IMG/VR virus record: IMGVR_UViG_3300032770_000003
Coordinates: 107,495 to 171,494 of that record
DNA length: 64,000 bases
Direction: 5' to 3' (one strand)
Source: a virus
Shown: in pieces, positions 18,038 through 27,987 of the stretch
Position numbering within the stretch: position 1 is the stretch's first letter
Layout of the letters: every line of letters starts with the position of its first letter
Translations under genes and position numbers: made by a program
The notes under the pieces: generated by a model
Seen by the model: only the letters and a program-made list of their open reading frames with translations
The model's database searches: none
What the model was told of the DNA's origin: nothing

Positions 18038-21018
18038 TGTTTCATACCAGGGCCGCTTGCGGCCGCTTCATTATCTTGCCCGAAGTTGTCACTGTACTTC
18101 GGCCCAGCGGGTTTTCCTTCACCACCAGGACTACCACCGGGTTTACCTCCAGCTCCGGCGCCTCCTTGAGCCAATCCCTGCGCCTGAAGTGCGCTAATGT
18201 ATACCGGATTGAGGGGGACATCTCCACCTGGAAGTGGTGGCAGTGAAACCGTCTGTCTTCCTTCATTCAAACTCATGTAGCTGCTGATCTGCTCGACCAG
18301 CATCTCGTGTTTCTCGTTCTCGGACAGCTCATCGAGTCCGACGAACTCAAAGGTGAAGTGATCGTCGATCTTGTCGATGACGTGCTTGTTGATCAGCTTC
18401 GCGATGAACCGCAGAATTGGCTTGAGACCGCGGTCGCGCGAGGCTTTGAGCTTCCACTCCTGCGATGCCTCGAACAGCGGAGTCTGTTGCTGGCCTCCGT
18501 GGATCTCGAAGTTGATCTCAGCCGGATCGATCAGATACACGCCACAGGTGATCTTGATCAGATACTCAATCCACTTGCCGAACTCCATCTCCTGATTGGT
18601 CTTGGCGAGGTCAACCCACTCCAATCCTTCTGACTGGAGGATAGGAGTCTTCCAGCTGTTCTCGACGCCCGAGACCTGTGCGAGCCACTGCCGGCGGAAC
18701 CCTTCCAGCTGCTCAGGGGTGTAGTTGTCGCCCTTGAGGTTGAGGATGCCTTTGGGGGCAGTACCCTGAGAGAAGAACTTCCGGTTGTACTCCTCTGCGT
18801 AGAGGTGAGCGGTCACAATCGTGATGAGCTGCTCCAGCTCACCAAAGCCGTAACCCTGAATGTAGATGTCCGTGCGCGGGTTGCGAACCCCGAAGGACAG
18901 CTCGCTCGACGAGTAGACGTTCTCGATCTGGCCGTTGATGACCTGGACGTAGGCGATAGGACGGTTGCCGGAAAGCGGCTGTCCGTACTCACGCCCTTCG
19001 TAGAGGTTGGCGAAGCGACCCGGGACCGTGGGCTTGAAGCCCATGCGATCGTGGTACGACGTGTTCACGCCGACATAGCGATCGTCTGCTGCGATCCGGA
19101 TCGTGGCTGCATCGACCGCCCAAAACTCGTAGGGGAGGCCCATACCGTCGGGCACCACCTCGAAGCAGCAGTTGTGACTGGCGAAGCCTTCCGCTATGTA
19201 ACTATGATCCTCGTCAATCTCCAAGTTGAACACTGGGTAGTTCTCTACCCGCTCGCGAGTCACTTGTTCGATCTTGATGTAGAGGAATTCATCATCCTGA
19301 ATGAATGCACTACGCTGTTGCGTAGGAACAGGAATGTTCAGCAGGCGTCCATCGGACAGCGTCTGAAGACCTGTCCCACTGATGCGACCAACATACTTTT
19401 CTGAGTGATTGCGGCTATACGCCTCGTGCACGATCACCTGAGCCGGCACCACAGAACAACGGGTGTACATTCCCGCAGCTGCGAGCAATACCCGAAGTCC
19501 ACCAAAGAGCGCACGAGAGACTGTAGAAAAAGTCATAGAGGAGTTCGCTACGCTCCCATCACAGGCAAGGTAGCCGCGAAGGAAAGCCGCACGCACTTCG
19601 TCACTGGCTTCGAACATCCAAGATGGAACCCTCTTGTTGTGTGCACCATCACCGAAGTTCTCAGCCATGAAGCGGGCTAGCTCCACTGAGTTGCCAGTCA
19701 CTCCTGTGGCTGCACAGTCATCGTAACCAACGTCAGTCGTGCCAATTCCCAGGGAATCGAACACCTGGACGGCATGTATCAGCAGATGTTCATCATCTTT
19801 GTGGAAGGTCAAACCAACCGCGTTTGGTTCCTTGCGGGAGTTCTTTCCTGTGTGTCCGTTTGCTGTATAGAAGCCGCAAAAGGTCGCGAACTTCTCATCG
19901 AGGGTGACAGTATTAGGACGCGGAAGTGGTGAACGTGAAAAGCCGCGTTTCTCTGCTTCGTCCTTGACGAGCTGAATTGCTGGTCCGCCCCTGCGATAAT
20001 AGCCGCATAGAATTGCCCGCACAGTAACGACGTTGATGCCAGTCGCATCCGCAATCTCTCGATAAGGAATATTCGGGTACTGTCGAGCTTTGGTCTTGTC
20101 GAAGATCTGAAATTGAATCGGCTCAGTACGAATCGTAAGTTTGGGCTTTGGATAGACGAGATAGTGTTCGTCAGTCAGCTCCGAAGCTGGTGTCCAATCA
20201 GGCTTGATTCCCTTGCCGCGTGATGATGTCAGCCTGAACCATCGATCTGTAACTGCCAAGAACGGATGCTCGGAGGTGGCCCCGACTGACTGTCCACCAG
20301 ACCGGATCGTAATCAAATCACCCGTATACAAGCGGCGCATGCGCTCGACCACACGCCGAATGCGTCCGGTGTGGGTCCGGACTTCGGTTCCTACTTCGAT
20401 GGTCTCGATGGACTGAGGCACACCATCCGCGCACTCAATCTGCGTTGACGCAGGATGACACTGATCCAGAACCAAGCTGTCGCGGACGATCTTGCGCAGA
20501 AAGTTTTCGAAGTCGTCTCGATCGACACGCGCGTAGGGGTTGCGCTCAGCCCGACCACAGCGAAGGACGAAATCCTCCAGCTCCTTGATGAACTCCACCT
20601 CCGCCGGTGTCATCCGGTGGTCGGGGTCCTTGTGCCGAATCGCAAAGCCCAGCGAGCGCGTCCAGCGGTAGGGCTGCGCGAACGATGCCACCTGGGCCGC
20701 GCGAGTGTTGATGATCGCGTTTATGATCCCAAGCTGGGTGGCGATGCGCTTCAGGGTTTCGTAGGTCAGCGAGAAGCGACGATCCTTGTACCCCAGCGCG
20801 TACTGCAGACTGAGAGGATCGTGCATCCAGCTCTTCGGTGAGCGCTGGGGATCGGTGTTCGGGATCTGCTTCCAGGCTTTGCGCAGCTCTTGCGCGACGA
20901 TGACCGGAATGTGTTGCGTGGCCACCTGGGCAGCCGCCACCGTCTTGATGATCGACTCCATGTTGAGCCCGAGAGGGCCTGACATGGATGCACCTTTGTC
21001 CTTGCGCCGACGACTCAT
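18034..21018 (-). CDS. Phage portal protein with intein
   Basis: IINAIINTRAAQV...FENFLRKIVRDSL; VRNPRTDIYIQGYGFGELE...YNRKFFSQGTAPKGIL...EMEFGKWIEYLIKITCGVYLIDPAEINF...SRDRGLKPIL. Confidence 0.9.
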   Translation of the reverse strand: MSRRRKDKGASMSGPLGLNMESIIKTVAAAQVATQHIPVIVAQELRKAWKQIPNTDPQRSPKSWMHDPLSLQYALGYKDRRFSLTYETLKRIATQLGIINAIINTRAAQVASFAQPYRWTRSLGFAIRHKDPDHRMTPAEVEFIKELEDFVLRCGRAERNPYARVDRDDFENFLRKIVRDSLVLDQCHPASTQIECADGVPQSIETIEVGTEVRTHTGRIRRVVERMRRLYTGDLITIRSGGQSVGATSEHPFLAVTDRWFRLTSSRGKGIKPDWTPASELTDEHYLVYPKPKLTIRTEPIQFQIFDKTKARQYPNIPYREIADATGINVVTVRAILCGYYRRGGPAIQLVKDEAEKRGFSRSPLPRPNTVTLDEKFATFCGFYTANGHTGKNSRKEPNAVGLTFHKDDEHLLIHAVQVFDSLGIGTTDVGYDDCAATGVTGNSVELARFMAENFGDGAHNKRVPSWMFEASDEVRAAFLRGYLACDGSVANSSMTFSTVSRALFGGLRVLLAAAGMYTRCSVVPAQVIVHEAYSRNHSEKYVGRISGTGLQTLSDGRLLNIPVPTQQRSAFIQDDEFLYIKIEQVTRERVENYPVFNLEIDEDHSYIAEGFASHNCCFEVVPDGMGLPYEFWAVDAATIRIAADDRYVGVNTSYHDRMGFKPTVPGRFANLYEGREYGQPLSGNRPIAYVQVINGQIENVYSSSELSFGVRNPRTDIYIQGYGFGELEQLITIVTAHLYAEEYNRKFFSQGTAPKGILNLKGDNYTPEQLEGFRRQWLAQVSGVENSWKTPILQSEGLEWVDLAKTNQEMEFGKWIEYLIKITCGVYLIDPAEINFEIHGGQQQTPLFEASQEWKLKASRDRGLKPILRFIAKLINKHVIDKIDDHFTFEFVGLDELSENEKHEMLVEQISSYMSLNEGRQTVSLPPLPGGDVPLNPVYISALQAQGLAQGGAGAGGKPGGSPGGEGKPAGPKYSDNFGQDNEAAASGPGMKQ
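19171..20460 (-). mobile_element. LAGLIDADG intein (430 aa) with HTH insertion in portal
   Basis: DQ|CHPAST...ATSEHPF...GFYTANG...FLRGYLACDG...VFNLEIDEDHSYIAEGFASHN|C. Confidence 0.92.
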
Positions 21019-21021
21019 CGC

Positions 21022-21966
21022 TTACGGTCTCCCGATGTAGTCGCGCAGGCCGTTCAACCGCTCACGCAGACGAGCCGCCTTCCACTGCTCGAACGCAGCC
21101 CGATGACGAGGGGCCAAGCGAATGCCCTTGGCGATCTGCTCAGGCGTGACACCCATGGCGTCTTGCAAGAACTGCTGTTCGAGCGAGGACACCGGCGGGG
21201 CCACACGCGGCGCCGTCGCCTGGAGTTGTTGACCATACGACTTGAGCAGGTCAACAGCACTCCAGTGCTTCTCGCCATCGTTCGTCGCCAAAGGCGCGAG
21301 CCCATCACCAGCTCGCGTGAACAACTGCGGCTGTTGTGAACGGGTGATCGGCTCGTGCCAGTTGCGACCGGTGGTCTCGTCCTCAGGCATCTGTGCTGCG
21401 GTATTACCGGGATGCACGTCAGTCTGGAGACGTGGTTGCTCCTGGATCGACTGATCCTCAGTGCGATTCACAGTGGCTGCGGACGGAATCGGAACCGCAC
21501 CCTTCTCAGTCTCATCCTTCTTGTCGTCGTCGAACTCAGTGCCTTCCAGCGAGGCTTCTTCGACAGTCTCCCCTGGATCGAGCGGTGCCTTGGCCGTGCC
21601 CTTGGCCAGATCACAGCCATAGGGGCACGTCTTGAGCAGCTTCGAAGCCTCGAAGATCTGCGCCGGCTCAGTCGCCTTGACCAGCTTGAAATCAGCATTG
21701 GGGGCATAGCTGAAGTACCAGAGATCTCCAGACGTCGACTTCACCGTGCCCCGATAGGCTTCCATGCGCCCGCGGCGCATGACTCCGTAGCGGATCGAAG
21801 CAGGAATGACTCCGCAATCGACTGCTCCGCGAACCAGGAACTCGTCCATGTCGATGTGCTGCATGGACAGAGAGCGGTACATCGAGAGGAATGAGCCCTG
21901 CTCATCGTCTTTGCGAGCCGCCAGCGCGTTGGCGTCGCTCTCATCGACGTGAATGAATTCACTCAT
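21022..21966 (-). CDS. Hypothetical head-module protein
   Basis: Coupled operon; LVKA, LAKG and LLKS motifs. Confidence 0.6.
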   Translation of the reverse strand: MSEFIHVDESDANALAARKDDEQGSFLSMYRSLSMQHIDMDEFLVRGAVDCGVIPASIRYGVMRRGRMEAYRGTVKSTSGDLWYFSYAPNADFKLVKATEPAQIFEASKLLKTCPYGCDLAKGTAKAPLDPGETVEEASLEGTEFDDDKKDETEKGAVPIPSAATVNRTEDQSIQEQPRLQTDVHPGNTAAQMPEDETTGRNWHEPITRSQQPQLFTRAGDGLAPLATNDGEKHWSAVDLLKSYGQQLQATAPRVAPPVSSLEQQFLQDAMGVTPEQIAKGIRLAPRHRAAFEQWKAARLRERLNGLRDYIGRP

Positions 21967-22709
21967 TGATTACCTGTGTGCATTGCCTGCCAGGCTCGCA
22001 GAGCATTCAGATAGCCCTGTTGCTGCCCCTGCAGATAGCCACTCGCCGTCTCCAACCGCTTCGCTGGTTCCTGCTTCTCCTGCGGCGCGGGCTTGTAGTT
22101 GAGCAAGGTGTGAACGCCGTGAATCGTGGTCGGCGGATCCATCGGGCGAAGGCTCTGAGCTGTCGGCACCTGCTGCGGAGCTTGAGAAGGCTGCTGCTGT
22201 GGCTGCGCATCCATGTACGAAGGCGCCTGGTAGCCGTAGCCCCCTGGTTCGGTTCCCGGGTTCGAGGGGGCGGGAGCTGGCTCAGGGTTCTCTTCGTTGT
22301 GACGCGTTACAACATGTTCGAGCTTGGCCAGATGGTGGTCAGCCAGTGCGCCCCCGCTCTTCGGCGCTTGGATGAAGCCGCCCGAACGCGGATCGTGGAA
22401 CGAGTTGCCCGAACCGGACGCGGGGTGGAAAACCGCGATGCGACGTCCTTTCACTAGGGTCGCGTCTAGGAAACTCTTGTTCGCGCACGGTACGCCCGGC
22501 CGGTGCCAGCGGCTGCACGAGGTGCAGTAGGTGCTAGCTGGTGCTCGGTTGTCCGCGCCGGTGAGCGGGTTCCCCGCTCCCATCATGCGTTTGGCCTGCT
22601 GGTCAGCGAACGAGTCCTTGTGATGCTTCTCGTCAAGGCTGTCGCCTTGACCCTTGAGCAGCTCGGGCTCGATGAAGTACGCGCGGCGCATGATGGGAGC
22701 TGATCCCAA
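21963..22709 (-). CDS. Hypothetical virion-type protein
   Basis: LLKG, NKS and LVKG motifs; FHDPRSGGF; CxxC..H..C. Confidence 0.55.
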   Translation of the reverse strand: MGSAPIMRRAYFIEPELLKGQGDSLDEKHHKDSFADQQAKRMMGAGNPLTGADNRAPASTYCTSCSRWHRPGVPCANKSFLDATLVKGRRIAVFHPASGSGNSFHDPRSGGFIQAPKSGGALADHHLAKLEHVVTRHNEENPEPAPAPSNPGTEPGGYGYQAPSYMDAQPQQQPSQAPQQVPTAQSLRPMDPPTTIHGVHTLLNYKPAPQEKQEPAKRLETASGYLQGQQQGYLNALRAWQAMHTGNQ

Positions 22710-22712
22710 CGG

Positions 22713-23462
22713 TCATTCCTCGTAGCCGCCCGCGCCCATCGGGCGGGGGTTGACTCCGATCACATTCGCGCTGTTGGGGTTGCTGGCAGCGTTGCGCCCC
22801 ACGACCGTGGCCCCGGTAACGGTTCGGGTACCAGCTTGGCTAGCCGGAGTGGCGGCGGCTGCCGTCCTGGTAGGACGGCGTCGCGTGCGCACGACCGCCT
22901 TCGCGACCGACTGATCAGCCCGCCGCTGCCCCTCAGGCGGACGCGTGTCAGGGGTCATGGCCGTCAGCACGCTGTTGCCCAGCCCGCGCGTCTCTGGGAC
23001 CTCGATGAAGACGAAGTTCTGTGCGTAGCCGGGGTCCTCGATGAACAGCACCTCGGCGTCCTCGGTCCCCGTGGCACAGATCCGGTAGGTGGTTCCTTTG
23101 AGCAAGCGCAGGTGCGCGCCACTCTGCAGTCGGTGGTACGTCGACGAACCATCGTCCATCAGCTGCACAAACAGGCTGCCAGCACGACAGATGATCAGGC
23201 GATCCTGAGTCGGGTTGGCACCGAGTCCGAGGTTGTTGCCCGCTCCGATCACCTCCGAGCGAACGACAAACCGCTCGGTCTGCATCAGCGTCGAGGCGAT
23301 CCCAGTCGCCGTCGTGACCCGATCCGTGAGGGGCACCGTCAGCCCCAGGCCCTGGCGGCGCATGATATCAGAGTGCTTCGTGCCGGCGTGCGGATCCTGG
23401 GCGCAGGCGGAAGTGCGGTTGCGCTTGTAGAAGTTCGATGCTCGGACGGGATTGAAACTCAT
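22713..23462 (-). CDS. Hypothetical protein, possible cupin-like core
   Basis: DRLIICRAGSLFV...LQSGAHLRLLKGTTYRI resembles cupin strands. Confidence 0.5.
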   Translation of the reverse strand: MSFNPVRASNFYKRNRTSACAQDPHAGTKHSDIMRRQGLGLTVPLTDRVTTATGIASTLMQTERFVVRSEVIGAGNNLGLGANPTQDRLIICRAGSLFVQLMDDGSSTYHRLQSGAHLRLLKGTTYRICATGTEDAEVLFIEDPGYAQNFVFIEVPETRGLGNSVLTAMTPDTRPPEGQRRADQSVAKAVVRTRRRPTRTAAAATPASQAGTRTVTGATVVGRNAASNPNSANVIGVNPRPMGAGGYEE

Positions 23463-23898
23463 GACCTCTCCTCAATTGGTGTGCATGGCGCGAACGGCTT
23501 CACTTCCGGATTGAAGTGTGCCTCCACAGCGAAGCAGCTCATCGACGGTGAAGCGATGACCGCAATCGCACAGCAGCTGCCACAAGCCGGCTGTCAGGCT
23601 CGAAGCGTGGATTACACAGGTCGGTAGGGCGATCGGGCGATCACACACGGTGCACACCATCACGGTGTTCCGCGCGACACAAACCCATTCCCGCGTCGCT
23701 GCCGCTGCCGGTGACGGCGCTGGATGCTCAGGTCTTCGATGCGTTGTCGTCTCCATTTGAGCCTGTTTTGGCGTTGCAGTAGGTCCTCCTGATACGCGCC
23801 AGGGCATCTACACACGACCCGCATGTTCCCGATTTCTAGAAGCGGCTCCTTGCAGTGTGGACAAGAATCCATCCTAACCCCTCTACAACAAAGGCGTA

Positions 23899-24177
23899 CT
23901 ATATAACTGTTCGCCTGACAGTGCGAAGCTCTACTCTCGGTGCGAGATGCTCGATCTCGGGGTCAAGCTCGTACGTCGAAACGACCCGACCGAGAGTGTG
24001 CTTCCACTGGTGAACGCACTGCCTGCTGACCTGAAAGATGAAGCTGATCTTTGCGCCGGAGGCTCCACTCCTGAGCATCTCGATCAGCTCGTTGAAGGCT
24101 TCGCGCCCGTACGTCTTGATCAGGTGATTCGCTAATGATTGCGCGCTGGTCTTGGGTTTTTCTTTGACTTCAGCCAC
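23899..24177 (-). CDS. Small HTH DNA-binding protein
   Basis: GASGAKISFIFQVSRQCVHQWK. Confidence 0.6.
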   Translation of the reverse strand: MAEVKEKPKTSAQSLANHLIKTYGREAFNELIEMLRSGASGAKISFIFQVSRQCVHQWKHTLGRVVSTYELDPEIEHLAPRVELRTVRRTVI

Positions 24178-24202
24178 AGGTGCGAGGATGGAACCGAAGC
24201 GA

Positions 24203-24242
24203 TTGACCTGTCAAGTACTCTCAGGATGAGATGACAAGTCAA
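24203..24242. promoter_or_regulatory. Two TTGAC-NN-GTCAA palindromes flanking a CTCA-N3-TGAG palindrome
   Basis: TTGACCTGTCAA 24203, CTCAGGATGAG 24220, ATGACAAGTCAA 24231; upstream of the HTH gene. Confidence 0.5.
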
Positions 24243-24550
24243 CCTGCGGTTTGGGCTAGCCCACCTTCGACTACCTGGACGCGTGCCCAAACGCCTGCGG
24301 GCGTGAAAACGAAGTACCGCCCGCCCGCTGGCTCCGGCTCCTTGACCAAGTCGCCGGTGCGGATCTGGCGGTGCCCCTCAAGCTGAGACTCCTCCGGCTT
24401 CATGAGCGCGACCCGGAGCGCGACGTCTTTGACGCTGATCGCCTGAACGTCACCAGCCCACTCATAGTCGACGTCCAGGAAGGCAACCTCGGGAGCGCGG
24501 CCGTCGTAGAGCTTGCGGAACCAGACCTCGAACGCAGGCATCCCCCGCAA
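24239..24550 (-). CDS. Hypothetical protein
   Basis: Fits the minus-strand gene series. Confidence 0.5.
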   Translation of the reverse strand: MRGMPAFEVWFRKLYDGRAPEVAFLDVDYEWAGDVQAISVKDVALRVALMKPEESQLEGHRQIRTGDLVKEPEPAGGRYFVFTPAGVWARVQVVEGGLAQTAG

Positions 24551-24591
24551 GCGTACACGCTCACGGGGGAAAGGCTAGAGACCCTGACTCG

Positions 24592-25683
24592 TCAGGGAGT
24601 CGGGGCGAACGCTCGCTGGACCACCCCCTCCACCACGGTGGCATCCGCCGGGGGCATCTGATTCAGGAAGCAGTATTTTGCCGCGATGAGAGGATTGCCC
24701 AGACTGACGAGGGTGTTGGCCCAGTTGATCAGGTCGCGGTGAGAGAGCGGCGGCACCGAGATCTCGCCGTTCTGATACGCCTTCCGGATCTTGCCCGCGG
24801 CCTTGACCAGGTAGCTGATGGCCAGCGGTTCGATCTTGCCCTCGAATCGGCGGCGCAGCATTTTGATCTCCTTCGCCTCGTCCAGGTATCCCAGGCTGAT
24901 GGTGAGGCTGAAGCGTTTGAGCTGAGCGTAGTTTTGCACCTTGGTGCCGGCGTAGTGCCCACTCTCGTCACCCAGGCCACGCGTGTTGGCGGTGGCGAAG
25001 TACGTGTTGTCAGGGTGGAGGGGAACCAGCGTTCCGCCGGTTTCGAGCACCAGGAGCTGCCCCTGGTTCTGATCGAGGGGCCGCTGGAACACGAAGGCCG
25101 TGTCGTTGGTCATCGCATCCCACTCGTCGAGCAGGATGATGGTTCCCGGCATGCGGTGCGCTCGCGCGAGCATCCCCCAGGAGAAGTCCATCTCCTTGCC
25201 CTTGACGATCCACTCGCCCACCAGATCGGGGCGCGTGATCCCGCCGTCGAGGCTGATCAGGACGACCTGATAGTTCAGCCGCGCGGCGATCTGCTGAATG
25301 AGCGTCGTCTTGCCGACGCCGCTGTGGCCGTGCACCAGCACCCGCTGCCGGGTGGCGAGCCCCATCAGCGCGATCTTGGTGTCTTCCTCCGGGAACTCGT
25401 AGCCCGGATCGATCTCCGGCACCCACGGCGTGCGATCGGCGTAGCCCATGATCTTGGGCGAGCGCCTGACCGGCTTGCCGTTCGCGTCCTTCTGTATGTT
25501 GCCAGACGCGTCACGTACGAAGTAGTTCAAGCCGAACGTCTCCGAGACGTCGTACTCCTTCTTGACGCGCTCCGGATACTCCGGTGGTACCAGCGGCTGA
25601 AGTGGTGCCGTCCCCACCTGAACCTGCTGTTGACTGACCGGGCGGCGACGTAGCGGTGCAGCAGCAACCTCTTCTTGAGCCAT
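24592..25683 (-). CDS. cobS: CobS/MoxR-like AAA+ ATPase
   Basis: VPEIDPGYEF; GHSGVGKT; ILLDEWD; FATANT. Start ATG 25683, after the 21-nt motif. Confidence 0.8.
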   Translation of the reverse strand: MAQEEVAAAPLRRRPVSQQQVQVGTAPLQPLVPPEYPERVKKEYDVSETFGLNYFVRDASGNIQKDANGKPVRRSPKIMGYADRTPWVPEIDPGYEFPEEDTKIALMGLATRQRVLVHGHSGVGKTTLIQQIAARLNYQVVLISLDGGITRPDLVGEWIVKGKEMDFSWGMLARAHRMPGTIILLDEWDAMTNDTAFVFQRPLDQNQGQLLVLETGGTLVPLHPDNTYFATANTRGLGDESGHYAGTKVQNYAQLKRFSLTISLGYLDEAKEIKMLRRRFEGKIEPLAISYLVKAAGKIRKAYQNGEISVPPLSHRDLINWANTLVSLGNPLIAAKYCFLNQMPPADATVVEGVVQRAFAPTP

Positions 25684-25727
25684 GACTTCAGTTCCCCTTT
25701 CGACGGGAGGTCGATCCGCACAGAAGT

Positions 25728-26834
25728 TCAGATCAGCAGCGACAACCGCCACTGCACGTATGCGCTGCTCCGTGCATCTATCCGATCGCGTAGTCGCTCA
25801 GCCAACCACAACACCACACTCGTGTTGACGAGCGCGTCCCCCGCGTCGACCTTGACACTGTGTGTCTCATCAATTAAGTTGACAATTGAAATACGAGTCT
25901 CAGGAAATGCTGACTTGATCCGCTCCACTGAGCGCACCGATTCCCGCGTGGCATCCGCATCCCAGCAAAAGATGATCTCCCCAGGTCGCAGCTCCCTGAG
26001 CAGCTCGACTTGAGCTTCCGAGATCGACTTGCCGAAAGTGCAGAGAGCCGGGGTGCCGTAGCGGAGAAACCCCAACGCATCGAATACGCCCTCCACCAGG
26101 ACGACAGCACCGCCAGATCGGTAGCGTTCAAAGAAGCACGGTTCCAGTGGCCACAGCCAATCGTGAACGTTGGCGCTGGACAGATACTTGATCTCTTTAC
26201 CAGCTATGCGCCGGCCTTGCCAAGCAACATCTCGCTGACCCACCCGAATCGGAAAGACCAGCCACGGCCCCCTGACCTCGTTCACCTTGCCCGTGACCGG
26301 ATTGACCTTCCGAGCTGGCAGACGGAGAGCCGCTCCCAAGCGGAGAGCCCGGATCTCCGCATCTCTCAGTCCCCGTACTTGAGTCGCGTACTGGTAGACC
26401 TCCTGGCTCGTGAGGCCGGTGAAGGTTGCTGCGCCCGGCACCACCACCGCCTCAGGGGAGTAGATCCTGGTCTCGGACACCGGCTCAGCGAAGAGCGTAG
26501 CCAGCGTCTGCACCAGACCCGGATCACCAGAGATAGCCGGTAGGACGGTACTGAGTAGCTCGATCCGGATCGCGGTCTCGTGGCGATCCGAAACCGCAGC
26601 CATCAGCTCCGCTAGGTCAGGCGCCCAGCCGTCGGCGCGCTTGCGGCCCCAGTCGCACTTGTAGCAAATCCAACGCTTCTTCTCGACGTTGACGTAGAGC
26701 TTCCAGTCGTCAGCTCCGCACTTCGGGCAGACCTCGATTCGACGCTCGTCACCGCCACCATCCTTGAGCTGGACGTACTGCTCAAGCCACGCCTCAAGAT
26801 CGAGATCGTCGATCGCCTCCCGCAGAGTGGTCAC
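25728..26834 (-). CDS. dnaG: DNA primase (Zn finger plus TOPRIM)
   Basis: CPKC...WICYKC; VAWQGR; KYLSS; VLVEGVFDA; CWDAD. Confidence 0.82.
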   Translation of the reverse strand: MTTLREAIDDLDLEAWLEQYVQLKDGGGDERRIEVCPKCGADDWKLYVNVEKKRWICYKCDWGRKRADGWAPDLAELMAAVSDRHETAIRIELLSTVLPAISGDPGLVQTLATLFAEPVSETRIYSPEAVVVPGAATFTGLTSQEVYQYATQVRGLRDAEIRALRLGAALRLPARKVNPVTGKVNEVRGPWLVFPIRVGQRDVAWQGRRIAGKEIKYLSSANVHDWLWPLEPCFFERYRSGGAVVLVEGVFDALGFLRYGTPALCTFGKSISEAQVELLRELRPGEIIFCWDADATRESVRSVERIKSAFPETRISIVNLIDETHSVKVDAGDALVNTSVVLWLAERLRDRIDARSSAYVQWRLSLLI

Positions 26835-27242
26835 TTACCATTCTGCTTTGCGGGCGGTCTCTTCGAGCGCCTTCTGCAGCTCCTCTTCCTCTGAGAGTTT
26901 CTGCTGGTGGTCCTCCGGCGAGATCGACGATATCGCCGATGATCCAAGCAGTGACTGAACATCGAGAGCTGTCAAGACCGCACAGGGAAAGCTATTCGCT
27001 TCGATGCTGTAGCCTTTGTCGATCTTCTCCTGACGGAGCTTCTCATACGAGTTGAATGCTGACTCGAAGGTGTTGAATTTCAGAACCCTCGTCTGCAGAG
27101 AAGCACTTCTCCGGCCCCACCCGATCCGAAGCTCCCAACCAGATGCGTGGGGATTCTTGGTAACGAACAGGGCGTAGTGCTTGTTGGACCTACCTGACAC
27201 AAAGGTCAGGTAGGTCAACAACTCGTGGTGCGGTTGTGCCAT
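26835..27242 (-). CDS. WGR-domain protein
   Basis: SNKHY...IGWGRR...LRQEKIDKGY. Start ATG 27242. Confidence 0.75.
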   Translation of the reverse strand: MAQPHHELLTYLTFVSGRSNKHYALFVTKNPHASGWELRIGWGRRSASLQTRVLKFNTFESAFNSYEKLRQEKIDKGYSIEANSFPCAVLTALDVQSLLGSSAISSISPEDHQQKLSEEEELQKALEETARKAEW

Positions 27243-27943
27243 CAGAGAGCCCAGGCAGCGTTGACCCGCTTCAGGATCTCTTGACCGTTCGCCGAGATGA
27301 GTGCGTTTTCGACGTTGTCTTCCGCCTCGCGGATGATCTCCGCGATCTGCTTGGCCATCTCGCGCGCTTCCTCGCGGACCGTCTCCAGCGCCTTCCGCGC
27401 CTTCGGATCCTGAAGCAGCTCCAGGGCCGGCTTCGTGGTCACGAGCATGTTCCGGACCTTCTTGACGTCGAATTCCTTCAGCGCGGTCTTGAGCGCCTCC
27501 GTGTTCTGATTCAGCGTCTCGCGAAGAGCCTCCACCCCGTCGCGGTTCGTCGGATCGACCGTGGTGCAGAGCACGCGGAACTTGATGTAGCAGTGCTTCG
27601 CGCCCGCGTTGAACTCGTCGACCATGCCTCGCGCTTCCTCGACGGCGGCGAGCAGCTGATCCTTGTTCGCCGCCGGACAGAGGTAGCCCAGCTCGGTGTA
27701 GAGGCACTTCGACCGAATGCGAAACCGGGCGTTCGAGTACACCTGGTCTGCTTTCTTCGCCTCCTCCTTGTTCTTGAAGTGCCGCTGGCTCAGCCAGGTG
27801 GCATCTTCCGAACCGTCACGGTGCGTAACGACGTTTTCGTCCCGGCGGTAGTAGCTGACGCCGCGCTCGACGCTCAACTTCTCCGTCACCAGGATGCACG
27901 GGTTGATTTTGAGATTGCTCTGTTTCCAAGTCACAGTTGCCAT
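27242..27943 (-). CDS. Hypothetical helical protein
   Basis: GGAGG RBS and ATG 27943 after the 21-nt motif. Confidence 0.65.
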   Translation of the reverse strand: MATVTWKQSNLKINPCILVTEKLSVERGVSYYRRDENVVTHRDGSEDATWLSQRHFKNKEEAKKADQVYSNARFRIRSKCLYTELGYLCPAANKDQLLAAVEEARGMVDEFNAGAKHCYIKFRVLCTTVDPTNRDGVEALRETLNQNTEALKTALKEFDVKKVRNMLVTTKPALELLQDPKARKALETVREEAREMAKQIAEIIREAEDNVENALISANGQEILKRVNAAWAL

Positions 27944-27987
27944 TTCGAACCTCCGGGGGAGAGGTCGATCCGCACAGAAGTTCAGTC

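Noticed and set aside
25684-25752. Shared 'FCADRP' peptide at the start of many predicted proteins
   Set aside because: It is the translation of the non-coding 21-nt element. The true starts with RBS lie downstream.
27961-27981. 21-nt element as an integron attC site or a 16S rRNA 3'-end fragment
   Set aside because: No GTTRRRY core pairs and no integrase in the window. Similarity to the 16S tail (GGATCACCTCC) is short and gapped.
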